DNA of 64,000 nt, counting the filler, from Perkinsus olseni (Eukaryota), in NCBI GenBank assembly GCA_013115125.1. It is 17 parts of 17 records of this genome, joined end to end, with 100 filler letters (N's around TTAATTAATTAA, not from the genome) between each part and the next. Parts side by side here need not be neighbours in the genome. Positions count along the whole stretch, not along the records: positions 1 to 3,771 come from JABANN010001354.1; positions 3,872 to 7,627 come from JABANN010001355.1; positions 7,728 to 11,483 come from JABANN010001356.1; 14 more parts are not named here. The stretch is one strand, 5' to 3'. Below the pieces are notes generated by a model. The model saw only the letters and a list, made by a program, of their open reading frames with translations. It was not told the DNA's origin and did not search any database. The translations under genes were made by a program, and so were the position numbers. This document shows positions 1-11,277 of the stretch, piece by piece (position 1 is the stretch's first letter; each line of letters opens with the position of its first letter).

Positions 1-85
1 CATCTGAATCTGATCAGCCATCTGACTCTGGTCCGCCACCTGATTCTGCTCAGGCCGGTCTGTCATCGGTGCCCGAGGAGCAGGC

Positions 86-780
86 TCATGGCGATGGCGG
101 GCGAGTCCTCCTTCGCCGAGCGAAGCTATCCAACCTCGACTGTTGATTGTGCCCGACGTAACGTGCCCAAAGACAGTCCAGTGTTATTGAGTACTGTATC
201 AGAGCTTCTCTCTCAACCCGTTTCCCGGGTCTTGAAGCCTCGTTAGTTTCAGCCTCACGAGTGTATTGGTCGTGTAATTCTCTCGTCAACACCATTTTTT
301 CAACAACATCAACAACTTTTTTCCATCCGTTGTTGTATGGTTCGTTTCCCCGGTAGGCATTCTTTGCCCGAGCTAGATTTTTTTCAAGCGGTCCATTAGT
401 ATTTAACTGATGCCCTACGCATGGCGGTTTTATCAACATTCAGCTTTCGTGTCGTCAATAGGGTCAAAATTATGATTCAAAATGGTCGGATAATACTTGA
501 GCTTCGCTGGGAGACAACATGTCATTCTGTGTTGAATGATCGACACGCGAGAGTCTCGCGGGGAGACCCCGACGGTCAGATCAAGGAAAAACTTGAGTGT
601 ACTCGACGCATATAAGACCACGGCGGCTGTCAAGAAGAGGCGGCGAAAAGCGAAATCGAACTTCTCGCTTTTGAAGTTTCATCGTGTAGGAGTCGAACTT
701 ACGAAGGACTAACGTGTTGTGACGTAGCCGTCGTCGTCAGATCCCATGGCTCGAAGAATGTGGCCCAAACGTCTAAGACG
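86..780 (-). pseudogene. possible decayed hAT-like transposase remnant
   Basis: PCVGHQLN resembles the hAT CxxHxLN motif, with an upstream LDVW-like stretch; frames are broken and support is weak. Confidence 0.2.
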
Positions 781-2345
781 CAACTCCAATTACCGGATAC
801 AGAGATGAGTGATAGCAATCGGAGGTACTGCGCGAGCAGATACCGGGCGTTTCAGAAGGGAATGGAAAACACCCTGCAAGGATACACGTTAGTTCTTAGC
901 TCATCACGGGATCACTAGTGAATATAAACTATCTCAAAATAACCATATGAATTGGGGTGACCGTCAGACCGTTACATCGATAGTCTTCTTGCATATCTTA
1001 TGTCTTGCATTGTGTGGATAATCTCGCAGACGCCTCAGCCGTCACAGTGTGGATTCGCAAGTCCCATCACGAAATTGAAAGCTCTACGCGCGGAATGGAT
1101 ATACCGGCTTCAGATTCATGCCTCAAACTTCGCTCTCCTCAGCGAAATTGATGGTTTTATTTACGAAATAGATGGCGAAAGGTGGTAGAGTAGAACGAGC
1201 CTGTCTGGTTCGGTTCTGTGCACCCGTTATGACGGCAATCGCCCCAACTGAATCACGCAACACAGAGCTCATCGTCATGCTGCTAGCTTGCGGACTTCGC
1301 GTGTAACTGAGCCGGCGATGGCGTAACGCTACGGGCATTAAACTTCAAAGTTTGAAGTTCAAACTGCCACATACGACGAGCTGAGCTGGGGCACGCTCGA
1401 GACCAGCACCGAGATACTACGTTGTCTTCATCTGAGCACGTGAGAGTCGGCGGGTAAGCGTTGCCTATCGAGCACGTTCTTTTACGCTGGAAAATTTGGA
1501 CTTCATGGAGCATGGCTAGGCTGTAACCGTGAACGCTTTTACTTGTGCTTGGAATGGTGATCCTCCAAGACTCGACCCCGTGCATTATATTCACTAGTTG
1601 TCACTGTGACAACTACCTCCTCTCAGTGGAGTTCACTGCTGCTGCGCACGGTGCACCAAAATTCAAAGTGCCTTTAGAAGAAAACCGGCTGTAGATACCT
1701 ATGTGTAGAACTCATACACGAATTTTCAAGGCCATATTCGCATGCTGTGGCTCACACTATTTGTCAACAGTTTTACGTATGATTTTGGTACTTCAGTGGC
1801 ATTTGCACAGGGCAGACGGTTTGAATTGCTCTAAAAAAGACGCAGCAGTGCCTCGCCTCTTACGACCAAGCACGAGACAATTGAGGGCAGAGGAAGGGCT
1901 CTCTAATGGTGGTATTCGACCTTGCTCATTGATCTCGAGTAGCTGCTAACGCGGTCATTTTCGACATTTCAGCCTCCGAAACCGACGAAACGGTTTCCAC
2001 GTGGCTGCGTAGCTCCTGCCACTACCGCACTATAACTCAGTAGAGTGTGGCTATTCGAGACGGGGCTCAGAGAGCAGTGAAACCGGACTCGAGCTGAGCT
2101 AGTGGAAAGGATGTCTTTAACAGTTTGCACGCGATTGCCGGGACGGTCGGAGTCTGATCATCGGACGCACAAAGAGCAATTGTGACTCGCAATTTGTGAG
2201 AAGCGGCCTTTGAGTTTATGGTACGCAGCAGCCGTGAAGGTAGTTGTCACCATAAGGGCATTTGTTCTCGGCCAATGGAAACCATTGCGGCGTGTGCACG
2301 CGTGCGACGTTGTCTGTCACTCGTTCTGTTCATCTGCCACATCAA

Positions 2346-2792
2346 ATGCCTCGCGTCACATACCTGCTGCTTTGCCTGCTGATATCCCTTAAGTATGGTA
2401 ACGCCAGTTGCTTTGGCTGGTTCTCTAAGCATGACGAGAATGACCTGCTGCACGATGACGATCAGGCAGAGGATCCCCCGCTTGAGACGCCGAACCCGGA
2501 TGAGCAGAAGCAGGGTGAACAGAAGCAGGATGAGCAGAAGCCAGATGTGCAACAGGAGCCACAGGAACATCACGAAGAACAGCATCAAGAACAGCGTCAA
2601 GACCAGCGTCAAGACCAGCATCAAGAACAGCAGCAACCGGTTGAGCAGCAACTGGTTGAGCAGCAGCCTGTTGGGCAGCATCGTGAGCAGCAGCAACAAC
2701 AACAGCAGATACATCACGCTGCCGCCAGTCAGAATCTGGCTGAGTTTGACGATAGTTCGGTAGATTCTGGTTATACCAGCTTGGTGACATAG
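2346..2792 (+). CDS. secreted Gln/Glu-rich low-complexity protein (148 aa)
   Basis: ATG at 2346, signal-peptide-like MPRVTYLLLCLLISLKYGNAS, then CFGWF, then EQKQ/QRQD/QQPVE repeats. Confidence 0.7.
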   Translation: MPRVTYLLLCLLISLKYGNASCFGWFSKHDENDLLHDDDQAEDPPLETPNPDEQKQGEQKQDEQKPDVQQEPQEHHEEQHQEQRQDQRQDQHQEQQQPVEQQLVEQQPVGQHREQQQQQQQIHHAAASQNLAEFDDSSVDSGYTSLVT

Positions 2793-3995
2793 AACTTCGC
2801 AGGCGGCTGCTTTATAAGGCCCTACGCTCCGGGAGCTCACCAGCGGTCAAGATTATTGTAGAAGATTGTTCGAGGCTTACCATATAAGCAATCCTCTGGT
2901 GATTTTTTTAATGACTCGCGGGCCCACGAGTGCTTTCCTACATTAGACTTGTTGTTACTGCTTCAATAAACTGCAGGTTTCCTAGGCGACGCAAGGAACT
3001 GTTCGGTTCGATAAGTGAATGGGCGTGAGTTCGGGGTCTTGCTGGCATGAAAAGCCGCGTCCCAGCTGTGCGGGTGACAAAACTAGTTATGGAAGACTGG
3101 GCCAGTATGATAAACAACTATCGTGATGCGACTGCGGTTGTCTCATCTGTGATATTCCAACTTGGAATTTCCAAGTTCGGGTTTCGGAATCTGACATTTC
3201 CAAGCAAAAGCTGTTGTGGCTGGGATAAAGAAACGTAACCCCCGTCGTACGTCGGAATCAACGTGAGGACTCTCCTCGCCAATGAACGAAGCGAAAAGAG
3301 GCGAGGGACTCCAACAGAAGCAGACCGCGGCGGCTGCCATCCGGGAAGTATTTAATGCCGAATTGTGTCATCACAGTAATCTATTGGCGTGACACCCGGC
3401 GCTCTTGGTGCTGAGAGGCGTGGCGAATGTACCATGTACAGCGCGCTGTATGAGGAAAGCTCCAATCGATAAACGTGAAAGTCCTTCCCAGAGGACCCAT
3501 TTCTCCGACCTTGGTACTGCGCCGACTTTGTTACTCGGAGGGCTGACCTGGTCAGCCTCTCTTTGGGCCAAAGGTCAGCCTGACCAAATTGCCTGACGCC
3601 AATGAGGACCATTGCTTTGCTAATTTTGACGAGCGTTATCCCCTATGGTTTATTCCGGAGGAATGGTTGAGCATCTCGATGATCGCTTGAATAGCCTCAG
3701 TGTCGGATACTCGTGTCCCTATTTGTGTGCCTCCGTATCCCTTGGCTAAGCTATGGCTAGTAGTCTGCCCTNNNNNNNNNNNNNNNNNNNNNNNNNNNNN
3801 NNNNNNNNNNNNNNNTTAATTAATTAANNNNNNNNNNNNNNNNNNNNNNNNNNNNNNNNNNNNNNNNNNNNCCACCACCACCACCACCACCACCACCACC
3901 ACCATTCTCTCCATTCTTGCTGCTACTACTCTAACAGCAACAACGACAAGAAGACCAGTACTACTACTCTTAATATCTACGCTACTACTCGTCTA

Positions 3996-5787
3996 ATGCC
4001 TAGAAGTACAAATAACAGTGCTACTGCTGCTGCTGCACTCGGCGGCGGCGGCGGCGGTGACAACAACACCAACAGTCCAACGTCGTGCTGCTCATCGAGG
4101 CTAACCAGGAATACTATCCATACGCCACGGAATAGATCGTCATCATCATTATCCCAATCTAGACTCTTAACTGATACTAAGCATCATTATGGGGATGATG
4201 ATGGCGATAGCATAGCAGCTGCTAGGGATATGATGCAGCGTATGAGGAAAGCAAGAAGGAATATAACATTCAGGAAGGCCCCACTAAGGACTACTCTCAA
4301 TCTATTGCATTCCATAGCCAGGTAGTAGTAGTAGCAATAATAATAACAAGACCGCTGGTCAGCAGCAGCAGCATCATCATCATCATGATCAGCGTCACCC
4401 AGCGTCATTATTATTATTGTTATTATTATTCTCAGATCCATCCACTCGGTGCTCATGTATGTAGTAGCCCACGCCTTTACTCTGTAGGTGTTACTCTTGT
4501 TGTGGTAGTATGATGAGCACTATATTATCATCGTGCAGATACTTTATTGTACCATTCATGTTGTTATGGATAATAGGTAGGCTTACTGATGGTCCGCATC
4601 AACTACTTCAAGATGATATAGTTATTTGGGCGGAGTTCGTTACATGGTAATACGATAACAATCTCCAATAACAACAAGAACAACAATACATCATCCTCCT
4701 TGTCGTTAGGTGGATTGGCCTCGGTGTATTATCAAGTGTTGGCCTCGGTACTGGTATGCATTCTGGTTTGTTGTTCTTATTCCCGCACTTGTATCTAGTA
4801 TCATCAACAGCACAAGAATGTAACAACTTACAGTTTGACTGGAGGTAATAGTAAGACCAACGTAATAGGGGCATAAGATCAAGATTATTATCACCTTGTT
4901 GTTGTTGTTGTTATTAGAGTTAATATGTGGAGTAATGTTATGAAGCCTGATGAGACATTTACTTGTATTAATCCGGATTATACTCCAGATGCATACAATA
5001 CCAATGTTACATTCTGGTCATTATTATCAGCAGGATGGTTACCATGTATATTATGGGGTACAGGTACAGCTATAGGTGAACTACCACCCTATGCTACTTC
5101 GTAATAATACCACCAACTATCATACCACTTTTTTCATCTATTCATTATCAGGTATGCAGCACGAAAGGCTGGTCTTGAGGACGAGGACTTCAACCAAGCT
5201 TTTGGTGTAATATCAGTAACAACAACAACAACAATGCTTGTCATCATCATCATCATCATCATCATCATTCTAGTGGTAACGTGGTTAATTATATCTTCTC
5301 AGAATTCCAGCAATGACAACACCACAGAAGGTAGTAGTAGTAGTAATACCGATGTTGTGAATTGGATGAAGAATTGGATGATACAGTTCCTTGAGAAACA
5401 TGGATTCTGGGTAGTAGTATCACCACCACCACCATCACCACCATCACCACAATCATCCTGTACTGTCGCTTCAGGGGGTTTTACTCATGTCAGCCTGGCC
5501 TAATGCCATGTTTGATCTGTGTGGTTTATGTTGTGGCCATTTCCTTATGCCGTTCTGGACATTCTTCTCGGCAGTATTCCTAGGGAAGGCTGTTATAAAG
5601 GTACCCCCTACCTAACAGCATCATCATCATCATGAGTATGATCGTCTACTGACAGGTATTTGGTCAGCTGTTATTCTTCACGGTCTTATTCTCGCCAAAT
5701 GGGCGTCTAGCTATGGTCAAAGGTGTAGCACGAGTCGCTGGAAAGGTAATAATATCTTCATCATCATCATCATCATCATCATCATCG

Positions 5788-5849
<62 letters not shown>

Positions 5850-6704
5850 AGCTGTGATGAGGATGATGTTCATTCCAGTTTGGTGCCAATGAAGAGCTTA
5901 TCACGGATAAACTTCAGTCAATGGTTCTTAAATTCTCTGGCACTAGTAATACCACCGAATATCAACAACAACAACACCCGCATCTATCAATAGGAGGTAA
6001 GAATACTCTGTCCCCCCCCACCCCTCCAATAACCATCATACGTGTAGGTCCAAGTAGTTCAAGTAGTAGTAGTAGTAGTAGTAGTAGTAGCACTCATCAT
6101 CTACTAGCAACACTATTCCGCTGGGCAATGGGATTTATCATTCTCATGTTTGCCAAGTCATGCATGGAACAATTCGCTCAGGTAGTAATAGTAGTAGCAT
6201 GCTCCGTGCTGCCCCCTTCTCATCCTGCCTCTTCTTCTTAGCAATATCAAAAGGAGATTGATGATGCCCGTATAATACATAAGTATGGTTATCTACCTAC
6301 ACCCACAGCGAAGGTTGCCAACACTAAAGGCACCCCACCATCGCCTGCTCATGATGCAGACCTACCATCCCCAGTAATGATGACATCATCTAAACGATTG
6401 AATAGAAGGAAAAGTAACCATGATGATGATGAACGCCATTACTGCTGTATATTATCTCATCTAAGGTTCTTCATTATCATCATCTACTACTAGTATGAGT
6501 GGGAGAAGGAGTGGTAGGAGTAGAAGCTTCAACAACGTATCGTCTCCGCGTCCTTCAACAACAACAACAACAACAACGGCAGTAACAGCGGGCAACGACA
6601 TTACCAGCAACAGCAGCACGACGGCAAGGAGGAGCACAAGACTGAGAAGTGTCAGTGATCATCATCATCATCATCATCATGACGGTGTTCATCGTGATTC
6701 ATGA
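3996..6704 (+). CDS. VMP1: vacuole membrane protein 1 homologue, multi-exon with microsatellite-rich introns (ends approximate)
   Basis: Exons translate to WIGLGVLSSVGLGTGMHSGLLFLFPH (~4710-4790), WGTGTAIGELPPY (~5055-5095), FLEKHGFW and WPNAMFDLCGLCCGHFLMPFWTFF..LGKAVIK (~5495-5600), all VMP1 signature segments; GT-AG introns between them. Confidence 0.88.
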
Positions 6705-7475
6705 AGTAAGTCGTCATTGAATATCAATGCTAACGCAGACACTGCCACAAGAAGGTCATGATCAATTCTCAGGCTACTACTACTATCATAGTATGGGGAC
6801 ATCACCATCATCATCTCTGTTGTTATCATAATAATCATTATCCTTCTTTCTCTTGTTGTTGAGTACCATCCGATAAAAATGATCATTATGATCATAATCA
6901 TAGCATCCAAGCTTGTGCTTAGTCACCTAACAACAGCAACATCTATTATATGAATCATATGATGTAGGCATTCCTCTTGTTGTCGTTGTTGTCGTTCTTC
7001 TATGGCTATGTCATCATCATCATCATCATCATCAGCATCATCATCATCACCGCAGGTTGTAGGGTATCCATCCTCTTATAAATCAATACTATCGTCATCG
7101 TCATCATCTGGAAGCTCAGTTGATGATGATTCTTATTTTGATGAGGGTTCAAGAGGAAGAATAGATGATGGTAGTAGTAGTAGTAGTAGTATAGCCTTTA
7201 CTGCATAATCATCATCAGGTAACCTCGAGTACCACCATCCTGCAGGTTTTAATGTATTACCCGATAATACAACAACAACAACAACAACAACAACAGCCGA
7301 CGACGACGACGACGACGTTCGTACTCATCATGGCATCACCACCACCAGCAGCAGGAGGAATCTATCTAATAACACTAAGACCTTCATTAACTCACTCCTG
7401 TGCTTCATGGGAAGTGGTGTATTAGGTAGTAACAATGGTTAGTTGTTACATTGAGAAGATAATAATATTTTATCA

Positions 7476-7476
7476 G

Positions 7477-7537
<61 letters not shown>

Positions 7538-7627
7538 CGTTGTTGTCGTTGTTGTCGTTGTTGTCGTTGTTGTCGTTGTTGTCGTTGTTGTCGTTGTTGT
7601 CGTTGTTGTCGTTGTTGTCGTTGTTGT
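7476..7627. repeat. (TTG)n grading into (TTGTTGTCG)n microsatellite at contig end
   Basis: Direct inspection. Confidence 0.95.
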
Positions 7628-7730
7628 NNNNNNNNNNNNNNNNNNNNNNNNNNNNNNNNNNNNNNNNNNNNTTAATTAATTAANNNNNNNNNNNNNNNNN
7701 NNNNNNNNNNNNNNNNNNNNNNNNNNNCGC

Positions 7731-7976
7731 CAGTGTGTTGCAAAATAGTTGACTCATCAGGCCTTATCCCCCCTTCTCCCCCCATACAATGTTGTGTGTG
7801 TGTNNNNNNNNNNNNNNNNNNNNNNNNNNNNNNNNNNNNNNNNNNNNNNNNNNNNNNNNNNNNNNNNNNNNNNNNNNNNNNNNNNNNNNNNNNNNNNNNN
7901 NGGGTTCGAGATACCACACGCGCAAGTATCCGCACGAAGTTTTCCTTACGACGTTTCCCACTTTTGCAACTGACTG
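7731..7976. repeat. left terminal direct repeat (contains an N gap)
   Basis: Matches 11278-11479 on both sides of the gap; starts CAGTGTGTTGCAAAA, ends TTTTGCAACTGACTG, followed by TA. Confidence 0.92.
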
Positions 7977-8200
7977 TAGTACCACTTGAGCGCGCATTGT
8001 AGGAGACGGCTTTTGAACTTCGCATGCGCAGAAGGAATGAACTGCTGAGGACGACCCCAATGCAGCGCCGTTCAACTCAACAATTCTGATGCTCACACAA
8101 AGAGCATACAATACTATCAATAAACTACAGGTAGCTAATACGACGGAATACAGACTTCTATCATTCCACTAGGCAAAAAAAAGTTGCAGAGCAACAGTTA

Positions 8201-9778
8201 TCACGACTGATATGTGAGCACAAACGCAGCGAAGCACCGACCGCACGCAGGCAGGTCTCGCCTTCTCTCTTGACTGATGGGTGTACTTAGGTTGAGCCAG
8301 ACAAAGCGCTGGTTTAACATATTATTCTCTTCATGAGAGAGATCGCGACAGTCGAACTGACTGGGAACTGTGATGCACACTGGAGCGTCCTCGTTGTAGA
8401 TTGAGTCGCAACGACAAGATGATTTCGGCAAGGGAATGGTGAAGGGCTGCTTGCCCTCGAAAAAGCACAAACAGTCGGTAATAGAGAACCCTACCTGGCG
8501 GTTATTGAATCTAAAGTCATCAAGCAGAAAGATTTCTATGCGTTCCTCTAACAGAATGGAGAGTGGGTAGCTCCCAGACGCGAGGCCCCCTAGGGACTTA
8601 AACACGGCCCCCAAATGTTTAATTAAGAAGGATTTCCCAGATCCAGAAGGGCCGTAAATGGCCAAGTTCGCATTGCGAGACCTCCCACAGCCCAGCATCC
8701 GCAAGATACAACTCGAAAACTTCCTTTCACTTAACCCATTCTTCTGAAGTATCCCTGTGATCGCAGCAGCGGTCTGTCCTCCACAAGAACATGGGCCCTC
8801 CTGAGCTGCATCACGGAGTATGTCGACCCGTGATACATTAGACCTATCCAACTCGTGGGAGGCGTCATGTAGGGTCCATACCCGTGATAATAATGATGCA
8901 GGCGACTCATTCTGGTTAAGTAAGTAGTCTCTCACATTGCGCTCTTTATTCGCGGCGGACAGGAATGCTCTTTCAGTCCGAATCCTTTTGCTGACGATCC
9001 ACGGCGCTAAATCACTCAATCGGCGAATTCTAGACGTTTCGCCTGTAGTGCCCTGCTCTTCTGCTGCAGAGTACTCGTGTTTCGTGGGCTCACAAGGGAA
9101 AGCTGGGTGGCTTTGGGTAAGGTAAGGATGAGTGTCGGATTTTGTACAGTATGTGTATCCCCCGAGGTAACTCCGGGTTGAGCGGAAGTTTACCGCAATC
9201 CCGCGATCGCGCAGGAACCGGCCAATCCTACGCCAACGATGTCTCCTCGAAGCCGCCGTGCAAGCGTGGAAGTGAATGGATGTTCGGTCGCTGTGATATT
9301 CAGCCCCCACACATAGATAATTTAATGGAATATCGAAATGCTTGTAGGCTCTTTCCAACTCTTGCGCAAACCCCTCCTTCGAGACCTGCTCGCCTGGAAT
9401 ACGGAGATCGTCATTCCCAGCTGCCGGCCTAGGCCATGTGATTAGGTAGAACTTGGAATAATCGGGAGACTTCTGCTGAGTGCCCTGAGGTTCCTGGGTT
9501 TCCCCTCCCGTTGCCGGTTCTATGGTGAAAGGAACCTGCAGAAGACGAATAATCCCTCGTGAAGGACAATGCGGTGCATGGTCACGACGGTTGTGTCAAC
9601 CTACTGCTTGTGATAGTTGGGTTCCTTCGAGTGGGGCATCATGGATAGTTAGTTGGGAGTTGTCTTCCACTACGAAGTTGACGAGCGAGCCCAGTTGACC
9701 ATCAGTGGAGGAATTGCGGCTCAGTTGACTCAGCTGAGAGTCAGGCGAAACTGCCGCCTGTACGTCGAGGAATTCCAT
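8201..9778 (-). CDS. rep: CRESS-type replication initiator, HUH endonuclease + SF3 helicase; exons 9778-9605 and 9535-8201, ~502 aa
   Basis: RCR motif I FYLITWP (upstream of the listed ORF start, same frame), motif II IHFHA, motif III YCTK; Walker A GPSGSGKS, Walker B IFLLDDF, Arg-finger-like NQRF; 69-nt phase-0 intron GTAGGT...CTGCAG removes the in-frame TGA. Confidence 0.9.
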
Positions 9779-9792
9779 AAAGAGTTCGGGTA

Positions 9793-9884
9793 TTGATCAA
9801 CTGATCAACTGATCACCAAAAATTAAGGAGAGTGCAAGATCAATCTTCTTACTATTTTCAGCTGATCAGTTGATCAATTGATCA
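9793..9884. promoter_or_regulatory. inverted pair of (TGATCAAC)x3 iteron-like arrays just upstream of rep
   Basis: 9794-9815 TGATCAACTGATCAACTGATCA versus 9863-9884 TGATCAGTTGATCAATTGATCA: 22-bp inverted repeat with 1 mismatch. Confidence 0.6.
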
Positions 9885-10136
9885 GTTTCGAAGACGTGTT
9901 GAACGAACGAAACGTGCTAACGGGCGTTGGGGATGACTAAGCTCACTTGATTAAATCAAAATCTGTTGACCCACTCCACAAATGCTTGACATTGATCTGT
10001 AATTTGCGGCTATAGAACAAGTCGAAGATGCCAAGGAGTAATTGCCAAGACGAACGCTAGAAACTGGTTAACAACATCAATATAAACATGCAGCAAACAG
10101 TGGTACTATGACACAGCTAAAGCTTAAAATAGCAAA

Positions 10137-11213
10137 CTAACGCGCAAGCAAGGCTCCGCGGCGTTTCAAAACCTCAACGATACGGCTGCTCATGCTGTCA
10201 ATCAAGCTATTCGTGTCGATAGTGGCATAAATACGTTTCACACGGTCGATGAACTCGTCTTGATTTGAACAGGCACCCTTAGAAGCAGCTTCAGAGCGTA
10301 AGCGGAATTTGAGGGTTGAAAACGAATTTTCGATAACCGCTAAATCGGGAGAGCGAGGAGGGAAGTCCAGGTACCGACACCCATGTTGCAATAATAGATT
10401 CAAACACGAAGGAGTTCGAGGGCTTCTAAAATTATCAGCACAAATCGTCAGCTGGTTCAATGAACTCCTCTGAGCTCTCCGCTGGAGCCACGGAATTCCG
10501 TGTTGCTCGAGAAATGAATAGTAGGCGGAACTCGAATTATTCGGTATGGGAATTTCTTCTTCTCCCCACCCTATAATCCCCACAAATTTCAATTTGAGTG
10601 TATTCCCGAACCCACTACGTGTAGCTTCTTGACGATCAGAATGCTGCCAAGCTCTACTCATAGTAGCAGCTCTCCCCCCAGTCGGATCGAAGCCGATAGC
10701 CACCCCATCCATGTACATACCAACTCCATGGCGAAAGTATTCTACAATTCGCTGTGAATTGTACTCACAACTGTGTAGGACTTCCCTGGCCCATTGAACA
10801 CGTTTTCTACGGTCTCCCGATTTTTGCAACACTCGACGAGGTGTTTTACGACACTTCCATCCGCCGCGACGTAGGATGCGGGTGAATGTCGTGTACGAGA
10901 ATCCATAGTCGAGCTTCAAATAATGCGCTTTGCCCGTCAAGAATGGCTGCCGACTCCTCGCAGAGATGAAGGATCGAAGAACTCTGCGTGTACCTCGGTT
11001 GCTGAGTACCCTAGGGCGCCCAAGTCCATTCAAATCATTTGTCTTCCGCGTGCCGCCCTTTCGAACACTGCTTTTCGCCTTCCGCACTCGGGACACCGAC
11101 GACTGGCTCCGCCCAGTGTATCGAGCAATATCCCTGGTCGACCATCCCTTTCTCTTCAACCGGAGTATGGTGTCCACCTCGCTTGAGGACAAGAAGTACG
11201 GAGATTCCGGCAC
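10137..11213 (-). CDS. Tc1/mariner-superfamily transposase, DD34E
   Basis: N-terminal HTH (STRDIARYTGRSQSSVSR), GRPR linker, YMDG (D1), CADN (D2), PPRSPDLAVIE with exactly 34 residues between D2 and E; no in-frame ATG before the HTH. Confidence 0.9.
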   Translation of the reverse strand: MPESPYFLSSSEVDTILRLKRKGWSTRDIARYTGRSQSSVSRVRKAKSSVRKGGTRKTNDLNGLGRPRVLSNRGTRRVLRSFISARSRQPFLTGKAHYLKLDYGFSYTTFTRILRRGGWKCRKTPRRVLQKSGDRRKRVQWAREVLHSCEYNSQRIVEYFRHGVGMYMDGVAIGFDPTGGRAATMSRAWQHSDRQEATRSGFGNTLKLKFVGIIGWGEEEIPIPNNSSSAYYSFLEQHGIPWLQRRAQRSSLNQLTICADNFRSPRTPSCLNLLLQHGCRYLDFPPRSPDLAVIENSFSTLKFRLRSEAASKGACSNQDEFIDRVKRIYATIDTNSLIDSMSSRIVEVLKRRGALLAR

Positions 11214-11277
11214 CGAGTACTCTCGACCTGAGAAACATGTCGGTGGAAGTAGACTGGGCCCTTTCGATGCACTGCTA

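Noticed and set aside
2247-2840. Leu-rich 197-aa minus-strand ORF resembling a membrane protein
   Set aside because: Antisense shadow of the Gln-rich plus-strand gene.
7435-7683. Poly-Leu, poly-Tyr and poly-Asn ORFs at contig ends (also 15366, 22753)
   Set aside because: Translations of microsatellites running into N gaps.
8201-11213. Ordinary CRESS virus or Helitron
   Set aside because: The second gene is a DD34E transposase rather than a capsid; the helicase is SF3, not Pif1; no TC...CTRR ends.
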